Part shown: positions 21,511 to 31,837 of the stretch, piece by piece | Layout of the letters: each line of letters starts with the position of its first letter | How positions within the stretch are numbered: position 1 is the first letter of the stretch | Assembly (NCBI GenBank): GCA_050246635.1 | Contig: JBFWVR010000008.1 | Location: 169,217-233,216 of the forward strand | Direction of reading: 5' to 3' | DNA: 64,000 bases | Origin: Vicinamibacterales bacterium | GTDB taxonomy: Bacteria; Acidobacteriota; Vicinamibacteria; Vicinamibacterales; UBA2999 | Position numbers and translations under genes: made by a program | The notes under the pieces: generated by a model | What the model saw: the letters and a program-made list of their open reading frames with translations, nothing else | Database searches by the model: none | Told to the model about the DNA's origin: nothing

Positions 21511-21836
21511 GGCTCGAGGAGCTGCGGGAGGAAATCGATCGGCTGGACGCCGTCATCGTCCGGCTGCTCGATCGGCGGGCGCGGTGCGCGTACGCGATCG
21601 GGCGGCTCAAGCGGGCGCGCGGCGCCGCGATCTACGAGCCGGGCCGCGAGGCCCGGGTAGTCGCGCACGTCAAGGCCGTGAACCGGTCCCTCGAGGGGCC
21701 ACTGGACGACGACGCGATCGCGCGGCTCTACGAGCGTGTGATGGACGAAGCGCGGCGGATCCAGCGCGTGGAAGCCCGGGAGGAGACGAGCACCGTCCCG
21801 CCCGAACGGATCGTCTTACCGGATGAGGACAAGTAG
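21495..21836 (+). CDS. chorismate mutase (AroQ class, monofunctional)
   Basis: LEELREEIDRLDAVIVRLLDRRARCAYAIGRLKRARGAAIYEPGREARV is the typical AroQ helix-1/2 pattern. 113 aa. It overlaps trpA by 16 nt. Confidence 0.85.
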   Translation: MAPELGLEELREEIDRLDAVIVRLLDRRARCAYAIGRLKRARGAAIYEPGREARVVAHVKAVNRSLEGPLDDDAIARLYERVMDEARRIQRVEAREETSTVPPERIVLPDEDK

Positions 21837-21842
21837 GTCGCC

Positions 21843-22889
21843 ATGGTCGTAGTGATGAAGGAACGCGCGTCGGATGCCGACGTCGAGAAGGTGATTGCCC
21901 ATCTCGTCGAACTCGGGATGGACGTCCACCGCTCGTCCGGGGCGTCGCGGGTGGTGCTCGGGGTGGTCGGCGCCGGCAAGGTGGATCCCCGGCTCATCGA
22001 GATGCTCGAGGGCGTCCACGAGGTGCTGCGCATCACCGAGCCCTACAAGCTGGCCAGCCGCACGTTCAAGCCGGACGACACCGTCTTCCCGGTGGGCGAC
22101 CTGCGCATCGGCGGCGACGAGGTGATCGTGATGGCCGGGCCGTGCTCGGCCGAGAACGAGAGCCAGGTCGACCAGACCGCGGCCGCCGTGAAGCGGGCGG
22201 GCGCGAAGGTCCTCCGCGGCGGCGCGTTCAAGCCGCGGTCGTCGCCGTACAGCTTCCAGGGGCTCGGCGAGGAGGGGCTCCAGCTGCTGCGTTCCGCGGC
22301 CAACGCTTACGACCTCAAGCTCGTGACCGAGGTCATGGACATCAGCCAGATCGAGGTGATCGACCGCTACGCCGATATCTTCCAGGTCGGCGCGCGCAAC
22401 ATGCAGAACTTCACGCTGCTGCGTGAGCTCGGCCGCACGCGCAAGCCGGTCCTGCTGAAGCGTGGCATCTCGGCGACCATCGAGGAGTGGCTGCTGTCGG
22501 CGGAGTACGTGCTCGCCGGGGGCAACACCAACGTGATCCTCTGCGAGCGGGGCATCCGCACGTTCGAGACCTACACGCGGAACACGCTCGACATCTCCGC
22601 CATCCCGATCGTGAAGCAGCTCTCGCACCTGCCCGTGTTCGCCGACCCGAGCCACGGGACGGGCCGGCGCGACAAGGTCGCGCCGATGGCGCGCGCGGCG
22701 GTCGCTGCCGGCGCGGACGGCCTGATCATCGAGGTCCACTGCGACCCGGACCACGCGATGTCCGACGGCGCGCAGTCGCTCTTCCCGAGCCAGTTCGATC
22801 GCCTGATGGCCGAGCTCCGGATCATCGCGCCCGCGATCGGCCGCAGCATCTGTCTCGAGCCCGTCGCGCGGCGCGGATGGGCGAGGTAG
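21843..22889 (+). CDS. 3-deoxy-7-phosphoheptulonate (DAHP) synthase, type I-beta with N-terminal ferredoxin/ACT-like regulatory domain
   Basis: The core contains [35 protein letters not shown] and [11 protein letters not shown]. It is preceded by a roughly 70-aa domain ([29 protein letters not shown]) as in Thermotoga-type DAH7PS. Confidence 0.9.
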   Translation: MVVVMKERASDADVEKVIAHLVELGMDVHRSSGASRVVLGVVGAGKVDPRLIEMLEGVHEVLRITEPYKLASRTFKPDDTVFPVGDLRIGGDEVIVMAGPCSAENESQVDQTAAAVKRAGAKVLRGGAFKPRSSPYSFQGLGEEGLQLLRSAANAYDLKLVTEVMDISQIEVIDRYADIFQVGARNMQNFTLLRELGRTRKPVLLKRGISATIEEWLLSAEYVLAGGNTNVILCERGIRTFETYTRNTLDISAIPIVKQLSHLPVFADPSHGTGRRDKVAPMARAAVAAGADGLIIEVHCDPDHAMSDGAQSLFPSQFDRLMAELRIIAPAIGRSICLEPVARRGWAR

Positions 22890-23722
22890 CCCCGCCCGGC
22901 ACCGTTGCCGTCATCGGGCTCGGGCTGATCGGCCTCTCGGTCGCCGGCGCCGCGCGGCGGCGCTGGCCCGGCGTCCGCATCGTCGGCGTCGACCAGCCCG
23001 GGGTGCTCCGGCACCCGGCCGTCGTCACCACGGTCGACGTCGGGGCGACCGCTCCCGCCGCGTCACAAGACGCGGACCTCGTCGTGGTGGCCACCCCGGT
23101 CGACGTCACCGTCGGGCTGTTGCCCGCGCTCGCGTCGGTCCTGCCCCCGGACACGCCTGTCGTCGACACCGCCAGCCTCAAGGGCCCGGTCGTCGCGGCC
23201 GCCGGGGCGTCCGGCCTCCGAGGCTTCATTGGTGGCCATCCCATGGCCGGTAATGCCGGCCAGGGGCCTGGTGCCGCCAGCGCCGACCTGTTCGACGGCC
23301 GTCCCTGGATCCTGACCGGCCGGCGGGACGCGGCCGCGGCTGGCGCCATCGCGGCGTTCGTGGAGGGGCTTGGCGCGCGGGTGGCCTGGCTGGACGATGC
23401 GGCGACCCACGACAGGCTGATGGCGGCGATCAGTCAGGTCCCGCAGGTCGTCGCCTCGGCATTGATGGTGGTGGTGGGCGAGTCGGCGGGGGCACAGGGC
23501 CTCGGGCTGGCCGGGCCGGGCCTGCGCGACACGACGCGCCTGGCGGCCAGCCCCGCAGGCCTCTGGGAGGGACTGCTGCCGGCGAACGCCGGCAACGTCG
23601 CGCCGCTGCTCCGGGCGCTCGCCGACCTGCTGCGGCAGACGGCCGACACGCTGGAGACGGAAGGCGCGGTCCGCCGCCTGTTCGAGACGGCGAACCGCTG
23701 GAAGGCTAGCGTCCCGGATTAG
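22877..23722 (+). CDS. tyrA: prephenate (or arogenate) dehydrogenase
   Basis: Rossmann motif [15 protein letters not shown], then GGHPMAG and the [16 protein letters not shown] motifs. The ATG overlaps the DAHP synthase end by 13 nt. Confidence 0.88.
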   Translation: MGEVAPPGTVAVIGLGLIGLSVAGAARRRWPGVRIVGVDQPGVLRHPAVVTTVDVGATAPAASQDADLVVVATPVDVTVGLLPALASVLPPDTPVVDTASLKGPVVAAAGASGLRGFIGGHPMAGNAGQGPGAASADLFDGRPWILTGRRDAAAAGAIAAFVEGLGARVAWLDDAATHDRLMAAISQVPQVVASALMVVVGESAGAQGLGLAGPGLRDTTRLAASPAGLWEGLLPANAGNVAPLLRALADLLRQTADTLETEGAVRRLFETANRWKASVPD

Positions 23723-25787
23723 CGGGCCTGGCGGACGGCTCGTCCGTCGCGTCCGGGCGGCTCGGCGCGGTCCACTCGATCCCGCGCGTGTACTTCATCA
23801 GCCAGCGAATTTCCTCCGTGTCCCGCGTGCGGATGTGCTGCGGCTCACGGAAGCCGTGTGGCTCGCGCGGGAAGCGGAGGAAGCGCGCCGGCACGTCCCG
23901 ATCGGCGAGCCCCTGGTAGAACATCATGCTCTGGCCGATGGTGTCGGTGTCGTCCTGCTCGCCGTGGAACAGGATGGTCGGCGTCTTCACCTTCGCGATG
24001 TGCGAGTAGGACGACTGCTCGTGGTATCCCTCGGGATTCTCCCACGGCGTGCCGCCGATGTACCAGAGGCGCACGTCGTGGTTGAAGCCCATCGCGTACT
24101 CCGATGCCCAGTCGGTCACCATCGCGCCGAGGGACGCGGCCTTGAAGCGCGTCGTCTGGGTGATCGTCCAGCCGCCGAGGATGCCGCCGTACGACCAGCC
24201 GCGGACCGCGAGGTGGTCGGGATCCGCGATCCCCTGCGCAATCACCGCGTCGACGCCCGCCATCGCGTCCTGGTAGTCACCGCCGCCGATGTCACGCATG
24301 TTGCCGCGCAGCAGGGCGTCTCCGTAGGAGGTGCTGCCGCGCACGTTGGGCTCGAGCACCGCCCAACCCAGTGAGGCATACACGTGGTTGATGCCACGGA
24401 ACGACGTGGACCACACCCCGGCGGGGCCGCCGTGGATGCTGAGCAGCAACGGCAGCTTCGTGCCGGGTTTGTAGCCGGCCGGCAGCCACAGCAGCCCCTC
24501 GATCTCCGTGCCGTCCGGGCTCTTCCAGGTGATCGGCCGCATCGTCGCGGTCTCGACGCCCTTGAAGGCCGGGTTGGCATCCGTGACGGAGGTACGCCGG
24601 CCGGTCGCAAGGTCGACGACCACGACGTCCGCCGGGGCACTCGGGGATTGCCAGGTGCCCGCCGCGACGGCGCGTCGCTTGTCGGCGGACGACACCGCGA
24701 GGCTGTCATCTCCGCCCGCGATCCGCGTCACGGCACCAGAGGCCACGTCGAGCCGCACGAGCACGCCCCGTCCGCGTTCGACACCGCTCAGGACGACCGT
24801 ACTGCCCGCGCCATCCCAGAAGTAATCGCGGATGTCGCCCGGGAAGCGGGCCGACACGGCACGGGGTGTGCCGCCGCCCGCCGGCTGCACGTAGAGTTGC
24901 TCCTGCGCGAGCTCCCAGCCGGCCGTGCTGCCGGTGAGGTAGCTGACGGCCGAGCCATCCGGCACCCAGTCGAGCCCGCTTTCCGGGGCCTCGTTCGTCG
25001 TCAGGCGCGTCACCGCCTTGCTGGTCGTGTCGACGACGTACACCTCGGCGAGGTTCTGGTGGTTGCGGCGGTTGTTGGGGCGCGCGATGAAGGCGATGCG
25101 TCCCCCGTCGGGGGACGGCTTCGCCGCGGTGACGACGTGGTCGCCGTTCGTGAGCCGGGTGACCGATCGGTCCGCGACGGAGGCCACCCAGATGTTCGTG
25201 AAGCGTGAGGCGCCCTGGCCGTTGGCGCCGTTGTCGACCGCGATGGCGTCGCCTTCGACCTTGGCGGCCTGCTTCTCGGCCTCCGTCTTCGGTTCCTCGA
25301 CGACGAGCACGAGGCGGGCGCTGTCGGCGGTCCAGGCAAGGCTGCGGACGGCGGCGTCGAGCGAGGTCAGGCGGACCGCCTCGCCACCCGCGGTCGGCAG
25401 GAGCCAGACCTGTGCGCCGGCATCCTTCTTGTCTTTCGGCTCGGGGATGCCGTTGTCTTCCGCGCTGCGCGTCGAGAGGAACGCCACCCACGCGCCGTCG
25501 GGCGACCAGGCCGGGGCGCGGTCCTTGGTGCTCGCGAGGAACTGGCGGCGGCCGGTGCCATCCGCGTTGACCACCCAGATCGTCGAGAGGCGCTTGTTCT
25601 CGGACCAGGGGGCCAGGACGGAGCGGCTGTAGAGCACCTGTCGGCCGTCGGGCGAGATCTCGGCATCCGAGACCTGGACGAGGTCGAGCAGGTCGTCCAC
25701 CGTGGGCGCCCGCCGCTCCTGGGCGGCGAGCGGCAGGGCGGCGAGGAGCATGACGAGCGCGCACGGGACGCGGACCAGTCGTCTCAT
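23706..25787 (-). CDS. S9 family serine peptidase (prolyl oligopeptidase / acylaminoacyl peptidase type), secreted
   Basis: Signal [23 protein letters not shown], followed by an N-terminal beta-propeller (WSPDG repeats). The C-terminal hydrolase has GWSYGG (nucleophile elbow). Start trimmed to ATG 25787. Confidence 0.88.
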   Translation of the reverse strand: MRRLVRVPCALVMLLAALPLAAQERRAPTVDDLLDLVQVSDAEISPDGRQVLYSRSVLAPWSENKRLSTIWVVNADGTGRRQFLASTKDRAPAWSPDGAWVAFLSTRSAEDNGIPEPKDKKDAGAQVWLLPTAGGEAVRLTSLDAAVRSLAWTADSARLVLVVEEPKTEAEKQAAKVEGDAIAVDNGANGQGASRFTNIWVASVADRSVTRLTNGDHVVTAAKPSPDGGRIAFIARPNNRRNHQNLAEVYVVDTTSKAVTRLTTNEAPESGLDWVPDGSAVSYLTGSTAGWELAQEQLYVQPAGGGTPRAVSARFPGDIRDYFWDGAGSTVVLSGVERGRGVLVRLDVASGAVTRIAGGDDSLAVSSADKRRAVAAGTWQSPSAPADVVVVDLATGRRTSVTDANPAFKGVETATMRPITWKSPDGTEIEGLLWLPAGYKPGTKLPLLLSIHGGPAGVWSTSFRGINHVYASLGWAVLEPNVRGSTSYGDALLRGNMRDIGGGDYQDAMAGVDAVIAQGIADPDHLAVRGWSYGGILGGWTITQTTRFKAASLGAMVTDWASEYAMGFNHDVRLWYIGGTPWENPEGYHEQSSYSHIAKVKTPTILFHGEQDDTDTIGQSMMFYQGLADRDVPARFLRFPREPHGFREPQHIRTRDTEEIRWLMKYTRGIEWTAPSRPDATDEPSARPANPGR

Positions 25788-25809
25788 GGCCGCGCAGTAT
25801 AATCCACGC

Positions 25810-26505
25810 ATGAACAAAGTGATGCAGAGCGCCGACGAGGCGGTCGCGCGCATCCCGGATGGCGCCACGATCATGATGGGAGGCTTCGGCCTCTGTGGTA
25901 TCCCGGAGACGCTGATTGCGGCCCTGCGCCGCCGAGGCACGAAGGACCTGACGGTCATCAGCAACAACGCCGGCGTCGACGGTTTCGGCATCGGGCTGCT
26001 CCTCGAGAGCCGGCAGGTGCGCAAGATGATCGCGAGCTACGTGGGGGAGAACAAGGAGTTCGAGCGGCAGCTCCTCCAGAAGGAGCTCGACGTCGAGCTC
26101 GTGCCCCAGGGGACGCTGGCCGAGCGCATCCGCGCCGGCGGCGCCGGCATCGGTGGTTTCTTCACCCCGACCGGCTACGGCACGATCGTGGCCGAGGGGA
26201 AGGAGACCCGCGAGATCGATGGCCGGCACTACGTGCTGGAGCTCCCCTTGAAGGCCGATTTCGCGTTCGTCAAGGCCTGGCGGGGAGACGATGCGGGGAA
26301 CCTGCTCTTCCGCAAGACGACCCGCAACTTCAACTCGATCATGGCGACGGCTGCCCGCGAGACGATTGCGGAGGTCGAGGAGCTCGTGCCGGCCGGCCGT
26401 ATCGACCCCGACGCGGTGCACACCCCGGGCATCTATGTCCGCCACATCCTCCAGGGCGCCGGGTACGAGAAGCGCATCGAGCGCCGTACCGTGCGCACGG
26501 CCTGA
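25810..26505 (+). CDS. scoA: 3-oxoacid / acetoacetate CoA-transferase subunit A
   Basis: [33 protein letters not shown] and [19 protein letters not shown] are present. The ATG lies 6 nt after TATAAT (25798..25803). Confidence 0.9.
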   Translation: MNKVMQSADEAVARIPDGATIMMGGFGLCGIPETLIAALRRRGTKDLTVISNNAGVDGFGIGLLLESRQVRKMIASYVGENKEFERQLLQKELDVELVPQGTLAERIRAGGAGIGGFFTPTGYGTIVAEGKETREIDGRHYVLELPLKADFAFVKAWRGDDAGNLLFRKTTRNFNSIMATAARETIAEVEELVPAGRIDPDAVHTPGIYVRHILQGAGYEKRIERRTVRTA

Positions 26506-26535
26506 TCGGGGCCCAGACGGAACGGGTATCAATCG

Positions 26536-27183
26536 ATGGACAAGCGCGAACGCATCATCAAGCGGGTGGCCCGCGAGCTGAAGGACGGCGACTACGTGAA
26601 CCTCGGCATCGGCATGCCGACGCTGGTCGCCAACCACGTGCCGCCCGGCATCCATATCACGCTGCACTCCGAGAACGGCATGCTCGGCGTCGGCCCCTCG
26701 CCGCTCGAGTCGGAGGTCGACGCCGACCTCATCAATGCCGGCAAGGAGACGGTCTCCGAGTTGCCCGGCTCCTCCTATTTCAGCAGTGCCGATTCCTTCG
26801 CGATGGTGCGTGGCGGGCACATCGACCTGACAGTGCTCGGCGCCCTCGAGGTGGACGAGAAGGGCAACCTCGCCAACTGGATGGTGCCCGGCAAGATGGT
26901 CAAGGGCATGGGCGGCGCCATGGATCTGGTCGCCGGCGCCAAGCGCGTGATCATCGCGATGGAGCACACCACGAAGGACGGCAGCCCGAAGATCCTGCCG
27001 GCGTGCACCCTGCCGTTCACCGGCCTCGGCGTGGTCAACCGCATCGTCACCGAGCTGGCGGTGATCGACGTGACGCCGGAGGGACTGCTGCTGCGGGAGA
27101 TCGCGGAGGACACGACGCTCGATGCGGTGATCGCCGCGACGGGCGCGACGTTGCTGACGGAGGGTGAACTTGGCCGCTTCTGA
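26536..27183 (+). CDS. scoB: 3-oxoacid / acetoacetate CoA-transferase subunit B
   Basis: HSENGMLG (catalytic Glu in the SENG motif) and GMGGAMDLV are present. Confidence 0.9.
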   Translation: MDKRERIIKRVARELKDGDYVNLGIGMPTLVANHVPPGIHITLHSENGMLGVGPSPLESEVDADLINAGKETVSELPGSSYFSSADSFAMVRGGHIDLTVLGALEVDEKGNLANWMVPGKMVKGMGGAMDLVAGAKRVIIAMEHTTKDGSPKILPACTLPFTGLGVVNRIVTELAVIDVTPEGLLLREIAEDTTLDAVIAATGATLLTEGELGRF

Positions 27184-28360
27184 TCTGGGTGTGATTCTCG
27201 GGGCCTGCCGCACGGCGATTGGCTCGTTCGGCGGCAGCCTGAAGGACCTGACGGCGCCGGAGCTCGGCGCCATCGTCATTCGCGAGGCCATCCAGCGGGC
27301 CGGCATCGAGGCCCCGGCGGTCGGCGATGTCTACATGGGCTGCGTGCTCCAGGCGGGCGCCGGGATGAACGTCGCGCGGCAGGCCGCCATCGCGGCCGGC
27401 CTGCCGGTGGAGGTGCCCGCGGAGACCGTGAACCGCGTCTGCGGATCGGGGCTCCAGGCCGTGGTGCACGCGGCCGAGACCATTGCGGTCGGCAACGCCG
27501 ACCTGGCGGTCGCCGGTGGCACCGAGTCGATGTCGAACGCGCCGTTCCTGCTGAAGGGCGCCCGCTGGGGGCTCCGCATGGGGAATGCGGAGACCGTCGA
27601 CTCGATGATTCACGACGGCCTCACCGACGCGATGCACCTGTGCCACATGGGCATCACCGCCGAGGAGATCGCCGCGCGGCACGGCATCACGCGGGCCGAC
27701 CAGGACGCCTTCTCCGCCGAGAGCCAGCGCCGGGCGGTCGAGGCCATCCAGGCAGGACAGTTCTCGAAGGAGATCGTGCCGGTCTCGATCACACCGCGGA
27801 AGGGCGACCCGGTGGTCTTCGACACCGACGAGTATCCCCGCGCGGGTACGACCGCGGAGAAGCTCGGCGGGCTGCGCCCGGCTTTCAAGAAGGACGGCTC
27901 GGTCACGGCAGGCAACGCCTCGGGTATCAACGACGGCGCGGCCGCGCTCGTCGTCGCCTCGTCGGACGTGGCGCAGGCGCTCGGCAGGCAGCCGATGGCG
28001 CGCATCCTCAGCTACGCGGTGGCTGGCGTGGAGCCCATGGTCATGGGCCTGGGGCCGGTGCCGGCGGTCAAGAAGGCGCTCACGCGCGCGAGCCTCGAGC
28101 CGTCGCAGATCGACCTCTTCGAGCTCAACGAGGCATTCGCGGCGCAGTCGCTCGCGGTGGTGCGGCAGCTCGGCCTCGACCCGGGCAAGGTCAACGTGCA
28201 TGGCGGCGCGATTGCCCTCGGCCACCCCATCGGGGCGAGTGGCGCGCGCGTCCTGACGACGCTGCTCTACGCGCTGGCCGCGCGCGGCGGCGGCCGAGGC
28301 GTGGCCGCGCTCTGCATCGGCGGCGGCATGGGCATCGCCATGGTCGTGCAGGTGGGGTGA
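27164..28360 (+). CDS. acetyl-CoA C-acetyltransferase (thiolase II)
   Basis: [28 protein letters not shown] (active Cys), the [17 protein letters not shown] region and the CIGGGMG region are present. The start is uncertain (GTG 27164 or GTG 27191). Confidence 0.9.
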   Translation: MNLAASDLGVILGACRTAIGSFGGSLKDLTAPELGAIVIREAIQRAGIEAPAVGDVYMGCVLQAGAGMNVARQAAIAAGLPVEVPAETVNRVCGSGLQAVVHAAETIAVGNADLAVAGGTESMSNAPFLLKGARWGLRMGNAETVDSMIHDGLTDAMHLCHMGITAEEIAARHGITRADQDAFSAESQRRAVEAIQAGQFSKEIVPVSITPRKGDPVVFDTDEYPRAGTTAEKLGGLRPAFKKDGSVTAGNASGINDGAAALVVASSDVAQALGRQPMARILSYAVAGVEPMVMGLGPVPAVKKALTRASLEPSQIDLFELNEAFAAQSLAVVRQLGLDPGKVNVHGGAIALGHPIGASGARVLTTLLYALAARGGGRGVAALCIGGGMGIAMVVQVG

Positions 28361-28384
28361 GCCACGTCGGCTGACGGCTATCTC

Positions 28385-28774
28385 GTGGACGAGGCGGTCA
28401 TCGATCGCCTCGTCCAGCACGCCCGGCGGTCGGCGCCTGACGAGTGCTGCGGGTTGCTCGTCGGCGACGGTGGCCGCCTGCTTCACGATCATCCCGCCGC
28501 AAACGCCGACCCCGCCCCGCGCCGCCGCTACCTCATCGATCCCTCCGACCATTTCGCCGCCATCAAGCGCGCCCGGGAGGCCGGCTTGCAGGTCGTCGGC
28601 GCGTACCACTCGCACCCGCGCGGATCTGCCGTGCCCTCGGCAACGGACGCGGCCGAGGGCTTCGCGGACTTCCTCTTCGTGATCGTCGGCCTCGGGGGCC
28701 GCGAACCCGATGTGAGAGGCTGGGAGTGGAAGGCGGGGAACTTCATGCCCGTGAGGCTCGTCCGTACGCGGTAG
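28385..28774 (+). CDS. Mov34/MPN/PAD-1 (JAMM) family metalloprotease
   Basis: ECCGLLVG (conserved Glu) and the JAMM motif HSHPRGSAVPSATD (HxHx7Sx2D) are present. 129 aa, GTG start. Confidence 0.8.
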   Translation: MDEAVIDRLVQHARRSAPDECCGLLVGDGGRLLHDHPAANADPAPRRRYLIDPSDHFAAIKRAREAGLQVVGAYHSHPRGSAVPSATDAAEGFADFLFVIVGLGGREPDVRGWEWKAGNFMPVRLVRTR

Positions 28775-28785
28775 GGGAGGCCGGG

Positions 28786-29802
28786 ATGGCGAATGCTTCA
28801 GGCGCGACGATCACGAGGCGAGCCGCGGCGCTGGTGTTGCTGCTGGCATCCGCCGGGGCCGGGCTGGCAGCGCAGGCGCCGGCGAACGCACCCGACGAGG
28901 TGCGGGTCTACCGCATGACCGGCGCGCGGATCGGACTCGGGCAGGACATCGTCATCGAGCGCGATGAAGAGGTGCGCGAGGCCGTCGTCGTCATCGGCGG
29001 CAACCTCCGCGTCGAGGGACGAGTCCGGGACGGCATCTTCGTCGCGGGTGGCGACGTCACCCTCGGACCGCAGGCCGACGTCCGCGGCGACGTCGTGCTG
29101 GTGGGCGGCCACATGACCCGCGCCGATGGCGCCCGCCTGGGCGGCACCGTCAGCGACGTGCGTTTTGGCAACTGGCGGGCCTCGTGGCCCCGCGTGCGGT
29201 TCGCGCCGTTTGGCGGCAGCGAGTTCGCCCGCTGGGCCGGCCTGGCAGGCACGATCTTCCGCCTGGCCTGCCTCGCGGTGCTGATGGGGCTCGTGCTCCT
29301 CGTCGCCCGGGCTCCCGTCGCGCGCGTCACCCGCGCCGCGGCGGCCGCGCCGGCGAAGGCCATTGTCGTGGGGTTGGCGGCCGAGCTCCTCTTCGTGCCC
29401 GCCCTGGTGATCGGGGCCGTTGCCCTGGCGGTCACCATCATCGGCATCCCCTTCGTCGCGCTGCTGGTGCCCGTGGCCATCGGCATCGCCTTCGTCGCGC
29501 TGCTCCTCGGGTTCACCGCGATGGCGTGCGGGCTGGGCCAGTGGATCGAGGATCGCCTTGGCATGCGCGCGCACTCGGGCTTCCTTGCCACGGTCGTCGG
29601 CCTGATGCTCATCGTCGGCCCCACGCTGTTTGCCCGGATCCTGGGCATCGCCCCCGAACCGATCCGGTGGGCGGCCTTCGGGCTGCTCGTCGCCGGCGGC
29701 ATCTTCGAGTTCGTTGTCTGGACGATGGGGCTGGGCGCCACGCTGATGACGGGCTTTGGCCGCCACGGGGGGAACACCCCGCCGCCGATACCAGTGACGT
29801 AG
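28786..29802 (+). CDS. membrane protein with N-terminal signal, bactofilin/polymer-forming-like beta-helical repeat and about 5 C-terminal TM helices
   Basis: An SD (GGGGAGG) precedes ATG 28786. The repeat region is VVVIGGNLRVEGRVRDGIFVAGGDVTLGPQADVRGDVVLVGGHM, followed by hydrophobic segments. Function is unknown. Confidence 0.6.
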   Translation: MANASGATITRRAAALVLLLASAGAGLAAQAPANAPDEVRVYRMTGARIGLGQDIVIERDEEVREAVVVIGGNLRVEGRVRDGIFVAGGDVTLGPQADVRGDVVLVGGHMTRADGARLGGTVSDVRFGNWRASWPRVRFAPFGGSEFARWAGLAGTIFRLACLAVLMGLVLLVARAPVARVTRAAAAAPAKAIVVGLAAELLFVPALVIGAVALAVTIIGIPFVALLVPVAIGIAFVALLLGFTAMACGLGQWIEDRLGMRAHSGFLATVVGLMLIVGPTLFARILGIAPEPIRWAAFGLLVAGGIFEFVVWTMGLGATLMTGFGRHGGNTPPPIPVT

Positions 29803-29809
29803 GTGGAGG

Positions 29810-29900
29810 CACGAAGGTGCCACACGAAGGTGCCACACGAAGGTGCCACACGAAGGTGCCACACGAGGGTGCGGCACGGAAGTGCGGCACGAGGGTGCGG
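29810..29900 (+). repeat. 7 x 13-nt tandem repeat (CACGAAGGTGCCA x4, then CACGAGGGTGCGG / CACGGAAGTGCGG / CACGAGGGTGCGG)
   Basis: Counted directly; the units start at 29810, 29823, 29836, 29849, 29862, 29875 and 29888. Each unit contains the mini-palindrome CAC-NNNN-GTG. Confidence 0.9.
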
Positions 29901-29901
29901 C

Positions 29902-29936
29902 GGAAAAGGGGGCTGACCAGGTCTGCCCCCTTTTCC
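29902..29936. terminator. bidirectional intrinsic terminator
   Basis: GGAAAAGGGGGC (29902..29913) pairs with GCCCCCTTTTCC (29925..29936): a perfect 12-bp stem with an 11-nt loop. An A-tract lies 5' and a T-tract 3'. Confidence 0.8.
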
Positions 29937-29970
29937 GTGTACAGCACCGGGGCTCGTATACCATCCCCCC

Positions 29971-31320
29971 ATGCTCGCCGCCCTCTCCCGCCTGGCTCAC
30001 ACCTTCACGACCCTCAGCCAGCGGTTCATTCCCAGCGCCTTCTCGATCGCGCTCATCCTGACGTTCGTCACCTTCGGGCTTGCCATGGCCATCGTTGGGG
30101 CGGGGCCGGGGGAGGCGGTGATCGCATGGGGGAACGGCTTCTGGACGCTGATTCCCTTCGCGATGCAGATGTCGCTCGTGGTCCTGACCGGATTCCTGGT
30201 CTCGACCGCGCCGGTGGTGGACCGCCTGTTCGCGCGCCTGGCCCGGGTGCCGTCGTCGCCGCGGGGCATGGTCGTGCTGATGGCGGTCGTGTCGATGGTG
30301 CTGGCCTGGGTGCACTGGGGCCTCAGCCTGGTCGGGTGCGCCATGTTCGTCCGGCACGCGGTGAGGGCGCAGCCGAAGGCCGACTACCGGCTGCTGGTGT
30401 GCGCCGCGTACTTCGGCATGGGCGCGACGTGGCACGCAGGTCTCTCGGGCTCCGCCACCCTGCTCGTGGCCACGCCGGGGCATTTCCTCGAGCCGGAGAT
30501 CGGCATCATCCCGGTGACCGCGACGATCTTCCACCCGTTCAACCTCGCCCTCAGCGCGCTCGTGCTGGTGCTCATGGCGGCGCTGGCGTGGGCGATGCAC
30601 CCGCCGGCGGACGACGCCGTGACGATTGCGCCGGCGGAGCTCGATCGGCTGGAGCGTTTCGAGCCACCGGCGCGTCCGGCGGAGCGCACCGTGGCCGTTG
30701 CGCTGGATCACGCACGCTGGCTGAACCTGGCCATCGGCGCCTGTGGGGCCGGGTGGCTCGTGTGGTACTTCGCGACGAACGGACTGGTGCTGACGCTCGA
30801 CGTGCTGAACTTCGCGTTCCTGATGCTCGCGATCCTGCTCCACGGGTCACCTGCATCGGTGCTGGCCGCGGCGGACCAGGGCGCGCGGCTGCTCGCGGGC
30901 GTCGTGCTGCAGTTCCCGTTCTACGCCGGGATGTACGGCGTCATCCAGGGGACGGGCCTCGCCCGGGCGTTGGGAGAGTGGATTGCCTCGGTCGCGACGC
31001 CCGCCAGCTATCCGCTGCTGCTGTACTGGTATTCGGGGCTGGTGAACTACTTCGTGCCGTCGGGCGGCTCGAAGTGGGCGATCGAGGCGCCGTTCCTCGT
31101 GGAAGCGGCGCGCCTCATCGGGGTGAGCCTCGATCAGGTGGTCGTGGCCTACGCCTGGGGCGACATGGCGACCAACATCATCCAGCCGTTCTGGGCGCTG
31201 CCGCTCCTCGCGGCGGCCCGCCTCGACTTCCGCGACATCATGGGCTACGCCACGCTCGTCTTCCTGATCTACGTGAGCGTCGTGTCCGTCGCGTTCTGGC
31301 TGTTACCGGGCCTCTGGTGA
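29971..31320 (+). CDS. atoE: short-chain fatty acid transporter (AtoE family)
   Basis: N-terminus LSRLAHTFTTLSQRFIPSAFSIALILTFVTFGLAM is typical of the AtoE/TIGR00366 family. 449 aa, polytopic. TATACC (29957..29962) lies 8 nt upstream. Confidence 0.8.
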   Translation: MLAALSRLAHTFTTLSQRFIPSAFSIALILTFVTFGLAMAIVGAGPGEAVIAWGNGFWTLIPFAMQMSLVVLTGFLVSTAPVVDRLFARLARVPSSPRGMVVLMAVVSMVLAWVHWGLSLVGCAMFVRHAVRAQPKADYRLLVCAAYFGMGATWHAGLSGSATLLVATPGHFLEPEIGIIPVTATIFHPFNLALSALVLVLMAALAWAMHPPADDAVTIAPAELDRLERFEPPARPAERTVAVALDHARWLNLAIGACGAGWLVWYFATNGLVLTLDVLNFAFLMLAILLHGSPASVLAAADQGARLLAGVVLQFPFYAGMYGVIQGTGLARALGEWIASVATPASYPLLLYWYSGLVNYFVPSGGSKWAIEAPFLVEAARLIGVSLDQVVVAYAWGDMATNIIQPFWALPLLAAARLDFRDIMGYATLVFLIYVSVVSVAFWLLPGLW

Positions 31321-31743
31321 GGGGTCGCCGGGGAAGCCGGGCCGCACGGAGATCGTGACGCCGGCCTGGCCGGCCACGTCCCGACCCTGCTTGAGCCGCA
31401 ACTGGACGCGGAAGGTCCCGGGTTGCCGGAAGGTGTGCTGCGCGACGTAGCGCCGGCGGATTTCGCTCTTGCCGGGCTCGTAGGGGTCGCAGTCGGACTC
31501 GGCCTCGGAGCGCGTGCCGTCTCCCCATTCCCACTCGAGGGCGGGGCAGTAGAAGGCGCGGTAGTCGTCCGAGCCCCCGCGGACCTCGGCCGTCACGGTC
31601 ACCCGCGCCGGGGCGAAGGCAATCGTGGGCCGCGCCCGCAGTGCTAGACTAGGCTTCTTTTGCGCGTCCTGCCCCCGGCCCTGCAAGGGCAGGGCGGCGC
31701 AGGCGAGCGAGACGACGACCAGCGCAACGGTTCGGCGCATCAT
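31303..31743 (-). CDS. secreted hypothetical protein with PKD-like motif
   Basis: Signal MMRRTVALVVVSLACAALPLQG. The WEWGDGT...HTF..PGTFRVQL pattern resembles a PKD domain. It overlaps atoE convergently by 18 nt. Confidence 0.5.
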   Translation of the reverse strand: MMRRTVALVVVSLACAALPLQGRGQDAQKKPSLALRARPTIAFAPARVTVTAEVRGGSDDYRAFYCPALEWEWGDGTRSEAESDCDPYEPGKSEIRRRYVAQHTFRQPGTFRVQLRLKQGRDVAGQAGVTISVRPGFPGDPSPEAR

Positions 31744-31837
31744 TCGTCCAGGGACCCGCGCGGCGGAATCCGCGCGAAGTGTCCTGAAATTGTACTGTTC
31801 CTGATCGGCCCCGGCAACCCGGCTTCCGCAGCTACTC

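Noticed and set aside
29810-29900. Tandem repeats as a possible CRISPR array; the heptamer arrays at 52395..52436 and 56181..56208 were considered in the same way.
   Set aside because: The units are 13 nt or 7 nt and directly abutting, with no unique spacers. No cas genes are in the window.
31744-31837. TGTACTGTTCC in the pepA upstream region as a possible LexA/SOS box.
   Set aside because: Only a half-site-like fragment is present. There is no dyad partner at any spacing used by known LexA motifs.
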